Positions 38,232 through 50,450 of a DNA stretch of 64,000 bases are shown here, in pieces (within the stretch, counting starts at the first letter, position 1; the number at the start of each line of letters is the position of its first letter). The notes beneath the pieces were generated by a model. That model was not told where the DNA came from. It did not search any database and worked only from the letters and a program-made list of their open reading frames with translations. A program made the translations under genes and the position numbers. Where the stretch lies: NCBI GenBank assembly GCA_017499595.2, contig CM038998.1, positions 4,526,001-4,590,000 of the forward strand, read 5' to 3'. Origin of the DNA: Psilocybe cubensis (taxonomy: Eukaryota).

Positions 38232-38479
38232 TATGCTATGAGATATGCCTATGCTTTGCGCTGCGCTTGTGTATATGCTGTCGCGTTGTATTTTTGTATT
38301 TTATGTAGCTTATGTCAATGCTTTGACGCCTTCGAAGGCTTTTTATGATATACTTGCTGTGATTTAGTGCAGCCTCAACCAGCTACCTTCCGTGCACATA
38401 TTCAATTACATAGAGCAATGCATAAATCCGCTTTTAGATCTTTAGTATTGTATGACAGGAGGTTTCAAGGCTTCCAGAA

Positions 38480-39550
38480 TCAACTCGTTATAAGGCACTC
38501 GGTAAGTGAATCTCGTAAGCTCCATGAGAAAGCAGGCAGCAGTGTATCGTTGTGCCCGTTGAAATAAGGTCCGATATCAGATTCATCAATAATATCGTCT
38601 TTTAGGAGAAATATTCTCCCTTTTTCCAACCTCCTGAGGTTCTTGGTCCAGCAGCTCTCCAAATAGCTAATCCAATCAGGATATGGTACATTGAACCTGC
38701 CGTCCGTGTTGTCCATGCCCTCTTCTTCAAGAGAATATGCTAGAGACTCGATGTCTTCTTCATCATCTTCGGCAGTCAGTCGACGTTCATGTGGGATGCA
38801 CGGTGGCATTTGGAATTCCATGAGTTTGATTACATAAACGCGACCGAAGAGTTTGGGTTCATCCTTATCGAAAATGAGCCATTCTGTCCTATAGTTATGC
38901 CTCCAGATCAAAAGACCTGGAACAAATTTTGCATTGGGGGTACACTGCCTATAGACTGGCGCAAGAAGTTGAGGGGAATGACTTTTGTACGCCACCCAGT
39001 TAACTCCATCCCTTCTGCTGGGACTGAGGTCATTGCATGAAACAAACGGTAGGCCGGGCCAGATACAATTTATAGTTGCCCGTTCTGGCCATTCAAGAAG
39101 CCATATACGAAATTCTTCAGGAATTGCTGGATATTGAGAGAGGATGGTGTCAATATAAGCCTGGCGGTCAAAAGGCTGCAGATTTTCGAGTATCCAGGAA
39201 CGGGTGTCGATAAAATTTGGTGTATTAACCATCTTCAAATACAGCTCGAGCAAACGGCGCCGTACTGGGTGGATATCAGCGAGAGGAAGGAGGCGTTGCC
39301 ACTCTTTGCATACACCACGAGAAAAGAGGTATGGTTTGAGCTCCAATTGTGAGAAGATATGAAGTTCGATCTCGACAGGAAGTGAATGAAGCGTGGCTTT
39401 GGAAATCCGTAGAATTGCTGCTTCTGCTTTTGTTTCTTCAAGTACCAGCTCGTTTCTAACAAAAGAAGGGGGGGTAAATAATGAATTTTGACCACTGACT
39501 GAAAGAGAAAAGACCATGGTGCAAAGAAAAGAAGCTGACCCATTACACAT
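38480..39550 (-). CDS. Intronless F-box protein
   Basis: LHSLPVEIELHIFSQLELKPYLFSRGVCKEWQRL; start uncertain. Confidence 0.8.
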   Translation of the reverse strand: MCNGSASFLCTMVFSLSVSGQNSLFTPPSFVRNELVLEETKAEAAILRISKATLHSLPVEIELHIFSQLELKPYLFSRGVCKEWQRLLPLADIHPVRRRLLELYLKMVNTPNFIDTRSWILENLQPFDRQAYIDTILSQYPAIPEEFRIWLLEWPERATINCIWPGLPFVSCNDLSPSRRDGVNWVAYKSHSPQLLAPVYRQCTPNAKFVPGLLIWRHNYRTEWLIFDKDEPKLFGRVYVIKLMEFQMPPCIPHERRLTAEDDEEDIESLAYSLEEEGMDNTDGRFNVPYPDWISYLESCWTKNLRRLEKGRIFLLKDDIIDESDIGPYFNGHNDTLLPAFSWSLRDSLTECLITS

Positions 39551-39876
39551 TGAAATATATCTCTAGAGAAATTTATGCTGGAAGAGGGGATGTGAGTGTA
39601 ATTTGTGTGGTGAGCGTCGAAACAAACAAACAAACTCAAACCTCGTGTGCATAGCACGTGCAGTGTGAGAATCGGATTTGGATTACAGCGTCCAGGCAGT
39701 CCACATCACTGTCACTTGACTGTTATCAGAAAGTACGAATGACGAGTGTCAAGTTCAAAAATACTAGAAAAGTGATAAAAAATCACAGCCATCGACTAAC
39801 CAAACGGGTACGTTAATGATATATATTTACCGAGTCAAAAATCACAAGCACAAGTTACATAAAACCCCGTTGGGCG

Positions 39877-40075
39877 TTACGCGAAAAAATCCCTCTTTTC
39901 GAACTCGTCCACGGTGGCAGCCATTGTTTCATCCCATGCTCTGTACTTGATATCGAGTATATCCTGAGCTTTTATTGAGTTGAAGGTAAACATGACTTTC
40001 CCCATTAACTCTGGGTTTCCTTGCTTCAGGATTCCGGAAGCATAGTACTCCGGTTTGCGCATAAACAGATAGTTT
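39877..40075 (-). pseudogene. Orphan last exon of a Gre2-like reductase
   Basis: KPEYYASGILKQGNPE...KAQDILDIKYRAWDET aligns with KPEYYTSGLLPRGNPD...KAEDILGIKYKTLEET at ~52385-52571; no upstream exons seen. Confidence 0.75.
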
Positions 40076-40432
40076 CGTGGATTCAAAATGAGTCAGTCTT
40101 TTGTAAAGTCGAGATCTTTGGGAAAGTGTAATGTCAATTTTTTTTCTATTGACTTTTCAAAGAGCATGTTGCTTCCACCAAATAGCAGGCGTTGAATCGT
40201 GAGAATTGATGATTGCCAGAGATAGGAGAGACCATGGTATAACGAGTGTGCTTGACCCATTTATCTTTCCCTCGCAATTTTTTCAATTGTATTGTGTTTG
40301 ATGTATTCTTGCTGCTTTGAGACGTAGATTAGGGGACAAAGTTTTTCAGTTTTCCAAAACACTACAGAATAGCTCTGAAATTTGCAAACAGGATCAACAT
40401 GATATGGAATCTTTTGTAACGAGTTGTAGTAA

Positions 40433-41437
40433 CTAATCAATCATGAGATACTCCATACACGATTCCCGTAAGCTCCATGGAACAGCGGGGAGTTTAGTAG
40501 AATAAGATGAGTTGAATTGCGGGGTCATATCGGATTCAGGCATGACACGGTCCTGAAGCGGACTGCACGTGTCGCGCCGTTCGAGCCTTCTAACATTTTC
40601 GGCCCAGCAGCTCTCCAAATAGGCGATCCAATCTGGAAATGGCACGTTGAGATACCCATCTGCGTCCTCGTCATACGCTTCCTCTAGCTCGTCGTCGTCG
40701 TCGGGAATTTTTTGCCGTTCGTGAGGGATGACCCCCGATTTTTCAAGTTCCAACAAACTGGTGACATACACACGGCCAAAGAGTTCAGGTTCGTCTTCAT
40801 CGAAAATAAGCCACTCAGTCAAGTGACTTCGCCTCCAGATTAGAAGGCCAGGGACAAACTTGGCGTAGGGAGTGTGCTGCCTATAGACTGGCGCTAGAAG
40901 CTGTGGGGAATGCTTTTTGTATGCTACCCAGTAAACGCCAGACCTTCTACGGGGACTGAAGTCGGTGCATGATATGAACGGCAGGCCAGGCCATATACAG
41001 TTTACAGTAGCCCTTTCAGGCCATTCGAGAAGCCATATGCGAAACTCTTCCGGAACTGCCGGATATTGGGAAAGGAGGATGTTGATGTACGCTTGTCGGT
41101 CGAATGGCTGGAGATTGTCAATTATCCAGGTACGAGTGTCGATAAAATCTGGCGTATTAACCATCTTCAAATAAAACTCAGCTAGACGGAGCCACGCTGG
41201 ATGGATATCAGCCAGCGGAAGGAGACGCTGCCATTCTTTGCATACACCACGAGAGAAGAGGTAGGGTTTGAGCTCCAATTGCGAGAAGATATGAAGAAGT
41301 ATCTCGACAGGAAGTGATTGAAGCGTTGCTTTGGGAAGGTACACAGCAGTCTCTTCTGATTTTGGGTGAGAATGGACCATTGACTGAAAGAGAAGAGGCC
41401 TTTGTACAACGAGTGAACTTGGCCCATCGCCCATCAA
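40433..41437 (-). CDS. Intronless F-box protein, tandem paralog of 38480-39550
   Basis: Same F-box and long near-identical blocks (PEEFRIWLLEWPERAT, PQLLAPVYRQ, KFVPGLLIWR). Confidence 0.8.
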   Translation of the reverse strand: MMGDGPSSLVVQRPLLFQSMVHSHPKSEETAVYLPKATLQSLPVEILLHIFSQLELKPYLFSRGVCKEWQRLLPLADIHPAWLRLAEFYLKMVNTPDFIDTRTWIIDNLQPFDRQAYINILLSQYPAVPEEFRIWLLEWPERATVNCIWPGLPFISCTDFSPRRRSGVYWVAYKKHSPQLLAPVYRQHTPYAKFVPGLLIWRRSHLTEWLIFDEDEPELFGRVYVTSLLELEKSGVIPHERQKIPDDDDELEEAYDEDADGYLNVPFPDWIAYLESCWAENVRRLERRDTCSPLQDRVMPESDMTPQFNSSYSTKLPAVPWSLRESCMEYLMID

Positions 41438-44400
41438 TATACTAAGGTATCGCTCACTGAGTAGAGATTAAGTATGTTGGCGGGGAAAGGGAGTGAGTGA
41501 CCTCCTTTTTGAACGTGGTGAACGTAGCTTGTAGCTTTTCAGAGCCCAACGTTTTTACGTTCGACCTCGTGTATATACCACCGTCATGTGATCATCACAC
41601 CTGTCGCGCCTGAAAGATAGGAGGCAACGAGTAATGTGGATCAGAGCAGAGAACCCTCCTTTTCTAAACCTGCATCTAATAATAAGCCGCAAGAAAACTG
41701 ACTGATACTTTCGACCAATAGAAAACTGAGCATGCTGGGTCGCCGACGCGTCCCCTAAACGCGTCGCGCTTTGCATTAACAACTCAATCACGTGTGTCCC
41801 TTGACCGCAATGGGTTTGTATCGCCGTTTGAAATCGAACCGGCAACGCCCGCGTATACGGTCCCTTCGCAATTGTCTTTTTGATTCGAAAAACTTGGACC
41901 GTTCGGCGTTATTTGTGATGATGACCCGGAGATCTTTTGTGTTCTTGGAGACTTGGACACAGCGCAGGCTCATTGGAGTTAGTACCTCGTAAAATTTATA
42001 TAGGATAAAAAGTTGGTAGCTTTGAACGCCTGGACGCCGAACGGCGGTCGTGTCGTGGACATCACTGTTCACTGGCAGTGCAGCGGTAAATTGCGTTAAA
42101 ATGCTCTGGATATTTGATTTATGATATTGCCTACACCCAGTGGCGCGAAATGGTAAATCCTCAACGGTACAGTTGTAAGTTATATATTTGGTGGCGTGCG
42201 TATGCGTATGTATATGTAAATAAGCACAGTAATATGATGACGCGACGCGACGCGCGTCGTGAGTATGTGCCCTTACTATCTCGCAATAGAAGCGAGTAAG
42301 ATATGAGAGTTAACCGTTAATTGCGTACTCATGAGTCATACTACTCGGATCTCGATGACTCAAATTGAATTCACCTCTTAATCTTTGACTCCCTTACACT
42401 TTGAAAGTCCCAATGGAGGATTCGACTCTCGAGCCACTATATAGTACAGACCCGAATCGTAGGTTCAAAGCAGAAATTTATCCATTTACCATTTACCATT
42501 TCAATTTTCAATTTTCAATTTTTAAGTTCAGTGAGTGTTTGACCTCGAGCTCCGAGCGCTTCATGAATCATGATCCGCCCCGTATGTTAACAGTCAAGCC
42601 CCGTTTGACAATGAAGCTGATGCGTACTTAGTATCTAAATTTATCATTGGTCAAAGTTGTGTGTCACGGGCGACGGGCTTAGCCTGAAACGCGAAACGCG
42701 AAACCCAGCGGAGTCGCGGACCCGACGAGACGAGAGCCTAGAGGTCGAGGCCAATAAGGAAATAGGATAGGGGACTCGGGAGCGGGATCCAGGGATTGAA
42801 CACCGCTGTTGATAATTATAGTTGATCTATCGTTACATGTACACAATCATCTCATTCTCGATGATGATGATTGTGTATTCGCTGATTGTGTTCGGGCTCC
42901 TCTGCTTTCTTTCAAGCTGTACTTATATGCTGTGTAGCAACAGTAAAAAAGAGATAAGTATTAGACGAGACGCGTGCTCGACTTCGATCGATTTGTGAAT
43001 TGAATTCTCTCGGGTATATAGGTCGGTTCCCACAAGCTTAATTTGCGTCATAATCCAGTTCCAGGGGGAAATTTACAAGGACGGGACGCTTTAGAATCAG
43101 AAGCGACGCCCGACGCATCATCGGGAACTGGACATCGCTGCTTCTCGACACCATGCATCCTTTAAATCGCCTTAAGTTATGTAAGTAAGTGCATATGTAG
43201 CGCCTCCGCCTCCGCCGCCGCCGCCGAGCTCTTTTCAAGTTTTTTACTCGGTCTCGCATCATGAATTTGGGTATGACGCGTGGAATGTGAAACGCTATGA
43301 CATTGATAATTGATTTCGTATGATTATGATATTCGATGTTGGATTATTACTTGGATATGCCTCTTCTCCAGGGTGTTCTCGCAGAATTCAGATGTGATTA
43401 TAGACGATACTACAGGACATACAGCTCGAATTCCAGCCTGTGAATCGAAAAGGCTAACATTCATGCTGAATACTGATAGTAACAAGCAAGTAGCAAGCGA
43501 TAACAATACGTCGCGGTTATTTAGGAAATTGGATATTCTTGTTGACGTCAGTCTTGAATGCCGCGGTGGCCTTGAGGTGAGACTTGAGAGCTGGGAGAGG
43601 CTGGATTGTTGACTCAGGTCCTCGAGACGGAGATCCGGCCAGTGAGCAGTCAAGTAGATAAGGCAGGGTCTGGGTGCAATCGCTGGATTATATTTTCAGG
43701 AAAGGAGTATGATGCATGATGAATGAACGAGTCCAATTTCGATGATTGTACTGAGAGTGAACGTGTGCCGGTGATCAAGCAGTCGTTAACACTAGCACTA
43801 GTTCACCTCCCAGGAAAGAGACTATCTGCTCTGCTCTGTCAATGCTAGGCGGACAGTAGGTTTGAGCATGCACTTGGACATGGCATTGGCAAACTGAGGC
43901 GGAGCCCGTGACCGTGTCATCTGTCTGTCCTCAGAGAGATATCTGTTTATCAACGAATATTCAAGTGTCAGTGTGTCAGAAGAGATTGACATCGACTTGA
44001 AAAAAAAAAATCAAGACTAACTTAGCAGCGAATTGAAGTTAAGATGCATGCCGTCAGAAATAAGGATATACCGAGTATATCAGAGACTAGGAGAAGAGTA
44101 AAAAGACCGCGTAGATCATTATGAGGTTTGACTTTGGTGTGCCAGAGGTAATATCTATTTGGCGGTCAGTCGAAAGTGCAAAGGTTCTTGGTTATAGCAA
44201 AGGCTCGTGCAATGAGGTCAAAGTGGTCAGAGCGAGGACGGACAAATTGAGATTGAATCGGGAGGTGCTTGCATGGCAACGGTCAAATGTGGGAAAAGAG
44301 ATTCAAACAGCGTCGCAGGGTGGCAACCCTGACTTGTATTGAATTTCATCCCTGTTTAGAACCGGATTATGAACATATATTCATGTAACTATTGGGCTAG

Positions 44401-44883
44401 CGAGGCCCAAGGGAATACAAATCTCGGTCCTCTGATATAGCCAACGGCCTTTTCGCTCCTCGTCTCCCCCTTTCCATTCCCCAACACCTCCACATCTCTC
44501 GACTGACCATCCACACCATCTCCCTCTCTCTATATATATACAACAAAGAGAACAAGGACCCAGTACAAGGCATTCGCTAGAGCCCCACTATTTGATTAGC
44601 CGGGCTTCCTGATCGACACCCACACTCTATGACCTCGATGCCTATTGTTCTCAAATAGTACAACTATCGAATATTCCTCCAAACCTCCCGTTCTTCTCAT
44701 ATAATACCAGGTACGTCGTTCATTTGTTCGAATCTCTCCTTCTGGGTTGACCTCTTCGTCCATATCTTTTTCTTACAGGCCACTTTATCACGGCTCGCCT
44801 CTTTTATTCATAGCACTGCGTGCAGCTCGTACTTTCCTACTGTATATTCATTAATTCTCATATTCACGACCAAACTCCACAAA

Positions 44884-46857
44884 ATGTCTGCAACTTCCAC
44901 TATGGTGTATACCGCACCTCCACCGACGAACAACACGCTCGACCGCGCAGAGCGGATCCGGCTGCTGCGCTCGTCGCGCAAGCTCGGCGCCGTCCTCGGC
45001 GCCACGCCCTTCGTCGTCGACCCCGAAACAGATCTCCCTTCCTCACATATCCTTGCACTCCGCGGCGACGCCCGTGGGGGGTTACACTCGCACACATCAT
45101 CTCAGTCCTCAACATCCTCAAGCGCCCTTGGGGATTCTTCGGAATACGTTTTTGTCAACGCATCTTCAAATTCCCGCTCCGCGCCGTATCAGGTGCAGGC
45201 TATTTTCGACAATGCGTCTCCGTCGTCCTCGCGCAGCTCCTCGCCGTTCCCTGGCGCTGTCACGTCGAGAGCAGCAGGTGGTGCAGGCGGTGGATCGCCG
45301 ACATCTGTCACTAGGAAACGAAAGCAGGACATTGCCACCGGAGAATCTGGACTCGTTCCACTGAACCTGAATCTGAACTTTGCACTTCCAGGCCCTGCTG
45401 CGGGCACGAGGAAGACCCGTTCTGGAGCGGCCGACAAGGACACCGACGCGTCGGCCTCCGCTTCTGCAGGCGCGATCGTCGCGGCGCACCCATCACAGCC
45501 ACTCCTCCTCCGTCTGCGGTCCGTCCCAGCCATCGCGACATCGGAGGGTGGGAGCGACAGTAATGTGCACCACATAAATACCGCTGTCCGTGGTCTGCCT
45601 GGTGACAGCGAGTCGCCGTCGTCCCCAACGTCAGCTAAACCGCTGTCGCCCGTCGCATCGTCGTTCAATATCAACATGGGCATTGATGTCATCCCACCGT
45701 CGCCTTCTTCTGGTGATTTTGGGAGTGTGGCTCCTGGGAGCCTGAGCGATCGCGAGAAGAGGAGAAAGTTGGCAAAGCTGGCGAGGACGCTTGGGGAGAA
45801 TATTCCGCCTGAGCTGGTGTTCCGCGCTGCTCCTGCTTCTTCTTCTTCCACCACCGCCACCGCCACCGCCTCCTCGTCGCAGGGACCATCGGGAGCGGGC
45901 CCCAGCGCTCCTCATCAGCCTATCAAGAAACTCCTCCGTCGGACGTCCTCGTTGACTGCTTCGAAATCTCTCCACCCAGGTCCTACACCCACATCCTCGT
46001 CGGCGGCGGCGACAGTTGACCCTGTAGCCCCGTTCAACTACTACCAAGGTCAACCGTCGATCCCACCGCTCGCTGTCGCAGCTGCGCCTCTCCCCAGTCC
46101 TAATCTTCATTCCAACTCTCACCAGCAATCCGACGCTGAGCCCAGACTCCGCCGTGCACAGGAAAAAGGACAAGCACAAAGACACCGCCCGAGGAGTCTT
46201 ACACTCGGTACAGCGTCTGCATTTGCGTTTGCAGCGGCCGCTGCCCTGACGCGCGGAAGCAGCGCGAATGTTTCTGTCCCAGCGGCTGGAAAGGCGCAGC
46301 CCGCTCCGGCTCTCTCGCCTCTACGCAGGACAACGCCGACGCCGACGACCACACCACCTAAGTCCATCGCTCGTCAGCGTTCACCTTCCCCCGAATTCCA
46401 AGTCGAGGACGAAGATTCCGACTCTGAACGAACACCAACTCTCGAGTCCACACGCCTGTTCCCCGTGCCGCATCCCTCAGAGTACTTCTCGCGGGGCAGC
46501 ACATCGCTCGACGAGCCCCCCTTCGGCCCGCGCTCGCGCTCGCACCTGCGTCCGGCGCCGCTGACGTTCTCTGATCACTCGAGAGCGCAGAGCTACTATG
46601 CGTCTGGAGGTGCGATGTTTAATGACCCGATGCCGTCGCCGAGACCGTTCATACATGTCGCTGCGCCTCCTCGCGCTGATGATGTGCGCGCGTCGGAGGA
46701 TAGTGTTTGGAGCAGTGCGAGTGCTGAGACGGAGGCGAATGGGAATGGGAATTTGAAGGAGTGGGGGAGGAGGAAGGAGAGGGAGTGGAGTGGTGAGTGG
46801 AATTTGAAGGATATGGAGGATGTGGCGAGGAAGTTGAGAGGGTTGAAGGGGCGCTAG
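44884..46857 (+). CDS. Ser/Pro/Ala-rich hypothetical protein, 657 aa, single coding exon
   Basis: Long GC-rich ORF with short ordered islands RSSRKLGAVLG, KLAKLARTLGENIPPELVF and EWSGEWNLKDMEDVARKLRGLK; TATA-like run at ~44531. Confidence 0.8.
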   Translation: MSATSTMVYTAPPPTNNTLDRAERIRLLRSSRKLGAVLGATPFVVDPETDLPSSHILALRGDARGGLHSHTSSQSSTSSSALGDSSEYVFVNASSNSRSAPYQVQAIFDNASPSSSRSSSPFPGAVTSRAAGGAGGGSPTSVTRKRKQDIATGESGLVPLNLNLNFALPGPAAGTRKTRSGAADKDTDASASASAGAIVAAHPSQPLLLRLRSVPAIATSEGGSDSNVHHINTAVRGLPGDSESPSSPTSAKPLSPVASSFNINMGIDVIPPSPSSGDFGSVAPGSLSDREKRRKLAKLARTLGENIPPELVFRAAPASSSSTTATATASSSQGPSGAGPSAPHQPIKKLLRRTSSLTASKSLHPGPTPTSSSAAATVDPVAPFNYYQGQPSIPPLAVAAAPLPSPNLHSNSHQQSDAEPRLRRAQEKGQAQRHRPRSLTLGTASAFAFAAAAALTRGSSANVSVPAAGKAQPAPALSPLRRTTPTPTTTPPKSIARQRSPSPEFQVEDEDSDSERTPTLESTRLFPVPHPSEYFSRGSTSLDEPPFGPRSRSHLRPAPLTFSDHSRAQSYYASGGAMFNDPMPSPRPFIHVAAPPRADDVRASEDSVWSSASAETEANGNGNLKEWGRRKEREWSGEWNLKDMEDVARKLRGLKGR

Positions 46858-47398
46858 AGGATATGTGGCGAGTGCTACGGCAGGTGGAGTGGGGCAGAGA
46901 TTTTTTGGGCTTCGAGATGCTCTGGATAGCGGTTTTGGTTTCGCTTTCACTTTTTTTCTTTGCTTTTTCGATTCGTCTTTCGGTTTTTTTTTTCTATTTC
47001 TCTCTCGTCTGCTTTTGTTTTTTCTTTTTGCATTCTACCTACCTCCCACTCACTGCTCGTGCTCCATGCTCATAATTGTACCACCACCACCACAATCTCC
47101 TTCTTGCCTGTCATATATGCAAGCGATGCCTATTATATTTTCATCTTATTTCACGTAACTTATTCCCCGCTGCTACATTTGTTCAATGTAGTGGCTTAAT
47201 AAAATTCAAATTTAAGTTCAAATTAGAGGCTGTGATTGAGATTGTATTTTGAAGTTCGAATACGAGTTTAATGCTCAAACGCTCAAATGCACTGGCCATG
47301 TGAACTAGAATCCGAAATTGGATACATTGGCTGACTGAGTTTTGCGAGTGATGTAAGGTTATTTGAGGACAGAAACGGTCAGATGTTGCAACAGATTG

Positions 47399-47578
47399 GA
47401 TGTAGATGTAGATGTAGATGTGGATGTGGATGTGCTGGCTTTGGATCATGTTGTTCTTGATGATGATGATTATGTTAGACCGTTGTTAAACTGTTCAGTG
47501 TTGGTGACAGTTGGGGTCAAAGTTGGGGTTCTCCCCAGAAGTGCAAGTTGCAAGTTGCAAGTTGCGAGTTGCGAGTTG
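47399..47578. repeat. Microsatellites (GATGTR)6 at 47399-47434 and (GCRAGTT)5 at ~47543-47577
   Basis: Directly visible. Confidence 0.85.
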
Positions 47579-48684
47579 GTTACATCCCACAATTACGACT
47601 ACAATCAAACCAAACATAAACTCATCATCTCTTCCATTGACAAAGTACAGATTCTAGACTGTACGTTGGCTATGTGCTGGCGTTATATTATAATAAAGGT
47701 CATTAAACGCAGGTACTACTAATGCGATTTTATGAAGGGCGAATGAAGGCACATAGTAATATATCTTTACAAATTAATTTGGCGCAGGACTTCCAAGACA
47801 GTAATATTAATAATGTCAAGTGGAGACAACGACGACGACGACGACGGAATATCGGAGACAAGGTGGTAAATAAAGCAGGCTAATAGTAATAGCATGTAGA
47901 CAACCATAAATATAAGTGAAGATGTTGCGTCGAAGCCTGAAATTGAAAGACACTTCTGTCTCGGCTTTCGAAATCATGCATAGTTACATACAGATCTTCG
48001 GCCACGTTCACCGCCAGAGTAAGGTGGTCACCTCCTGCGAGATTCAGACGCCCGGCATTCCGCACAAGTTGAAGTTAAAGTCTGAGATTCAAACTGGGAT
48101 CAAAGAATATTGATTTAATCTCGGCATAGGTCGGCTTCCGACATGGTTCCGGGACTCTCCGTTGCACTCCCAACACTGGATACCCCTGAGCTTAGCTTGA
48201 TCTTTATAACCATCATGACTGCTCTCCCATTCTTTTCAAAATCATGATATATCGTCAAACTTGAACATTGTTTCGAAAAGCAAAGATTGCTAGGAATCTG
48301 GGACATCTTTGACATCTCCAGACCCGCCATCCTCCTGGGTCCGGCCTGTTTACTTGGGAACAAAGCCACTTTCGTAAGCGAGTGCTTTGATATAAATTTG
48401 GAATAGGGAGCGCTGGATGAGTGGGGTCAGTGTATCAGCTCAATGGGTGCGTAATCGTATGTCTGTTGCGAACAGTGATATCACCCTATTCTGATTTTTG
48501 GGTCTCTGGATCTTTTTGCCCCTCACGGTCCCCTCCTTTAGCATAGTACGTTGTAACAATTCGGTCTCATTAACTCATTTCACTTTACTTATTCCAGAAT
48601 GCGAACTGCGATGCAGAGGCTTCTAATTCACTCTAGATCAATTTCAAGTTGGGTTGATCGTTCGACATTGGTTTGGAAAGCATC

Positions 48685-50025
48685 ATGCCTGCAGACTTGC
48701 TCCCGACAGAGATTCTGTGCACAATATTCGAGCTTAGCACCGTCGGGCTAGCGATATACACTCCCGGCGTTACATCTAGCCTAAACACGCAATTGGAAAC
48801 ACATCGAAGAACACCTAACACCTCCCCAATCCGAGGTCAACCGTTATTCTATCATACCGAATCTGTGGCTCTTCCTTCCTATAAAAGCACCCTTCGTCAC
48901 TGCATCGCCATCTCTCATGTGTGCAGAACATGGAGATACATCGCTGTGGATATGCCAAATTTTTGGACGGGTATCTATCTCTGTCACAGGGCCTTCCTAA
49001 GCAAGGATTATCACGACCACGAGGCAGCTGAAATGACTTCAACCTTTTTATCCCGCTCAGGCAAGTCGCCGTTGCATTTGGATATAACGTTTGCCCCCCC
49101 TGATGCTCGTTTGGGTCTATCCTGGATCCAAAAAACGCGCTATGAAGAGAGTATACGTCGTGTTCTGTTTTCTCACATTGGGAGATGTCAGTCATTGCGA
49201 GTGGAAAGCGATGAATTCATCATTACTACCATCCTTGACCTCTTTCTTGACTTTAATTTGTCACCTTCCAACAATTCTGTATACACGCCATTATCTCGTT
49301 TGCACCTTGCCAAGACCATATCGGCTTCACCTGTGGTATCTGATCCTCCGGACTATGGACACCAACAGCCCACATTTCCTCCTGACCTCAGTGTTGTTGC
49401 GCCTCATCTGACACACCTATACGTCGACGGCGTACAAGTAGCTGTCTTCCCTAGGTGGAGTCTCGAGCGTCTATATCTGACAGATCTGTTCGTCTCTTAC
49501 CAAAACCACTTTCACATATTCATGAAAACGCGTGTAACCACCCTCGTCCTTCATCGAGTCACGATCCCAGGTGGCATACCTTACGTCCGCCAAATATTGA
49601 CCTACCACCCATCCTCCGTGACGTCTCTGCGTCTGTCTGAGCTGCGTTGTGCTGGCCCAGAAAACGAACATCAAGACATATACGCGCTCTTTTTCACGCT
49701 TACTCCGTACCGCACGCTTCACGATCTCGAGCTATGTGGTCTGAGCGAAGATGCAATGTACGGACTGACAAGGATGCTCATGAGTAATTCTGAGCTTGTA
49801 TTCTCGGAAATGCGGTTATTGACGCTGAGGAATGTGAAGCTGATTGACACTATGGTGGTTCCCTTGACGAATGCTACTCCGGGATTGAATGGGTTGGTTT
49901 TGGATAGTGTTGGTGGAGGTTCGCGCCTTCTTGAGGTATGGCGGCGCCACCCTGGAATATGGCCTCAGATGACCGAAGTATCCATGGGCGAAGGAGAGTC
50001 TGTTCAAGTAAGAAACGGCCGATGA
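48685..50025 (+). CDS. Intronless F-box-like protein with degenerate LRR-like C-terminus
   Basis: LPTEILCTIF...ISHVCRTWRYIAVDMPNFW, FLSRSGKSPLHLDI, repeated LxxLxL. Confidence 0.8.
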   Translation: MPADLLPTEILCTIFELSTVGLAIYTPGVTSSLNTQLETHRRTPNTSPIRGQPLFYHTESVALPSYKSTLRHCIAISHVCRTWRYIAVDMPNFWTGIYLCHRAFLSKDYHDHEAAEMTSTFLSRSGKSPLHLDITFAPPDARLGLSWIQKTRYEESIRRVLFSHIGRCQSLRVESDEFIITTILDLFLDFNLSPSNNSVYTPLSRLHLAKTISASPVVSDPPDYGHQQPTFPPDLSVVAPHLTHLYVDGVQVAVFPRWSLERLYLTDLFVSYQNHFHIFMKTRVTTLVLHRVTIPGGIPYVRQILTYHPSSVTSLRLSELRCAGPENEHQDIYALFFTLTPYRTLHDLELCGLSEDAMYGLTRMLMSNSELVFSEMRLLTLRNVKLIDTMVVPLTNATPGLNGLVLDSVGGGSRLLEVWRRHPGIWPQMTEVSMGEGESVQVRNGR

Positions 50026-50325
50026 ATCATTACATTTCAAGCTATGTGTGACGCTATAAATTTTCGATTTCTTTCAAAATATATTCATTTGAGTTAAGTA
50101 GGTAGGTGATAATGACAATCTGGTAGGTGGGGGAGCTGGACGACAAGGAAGATATGTTTATCGAGTGGCAGCCTGAGTGTGAATGCAAAATTATCTGTGT
50201 AGTTCGAAGGCCAGTTCAAGTTGAAGTTTGAGCATAGCCTTTGATAGCTTTTGCACAGGAATGAAAATCAAACAATTGCCTGCTGAGTCGATGAGATATG
50301 CATGTAATATAGAACTTGTAAAGGA

Positions 50326-50450
50326 CTAGCAGTGCCCCCGTGCTTTGCACGGAAAGTTGGGTGGCAATTCATCATGCTATTCCCTAGTGTTTTTGCACAG
50401 AAAGACGGGAGGTAATTTATCGTGTTATTTCCCCAGTGTTACCATATTTT
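50326..50450 (-). mobile_element. Canonical Helitron 3' terminus (relic; 5' end not located)
   Basis: On the minus strand: hairpin CCGTGC-AAA-GCACGG, 8 nt, then CTAG followed by T. Next to a ~48-bp imperfect tandem duplication (50345-50440). Confidence 0.6.
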
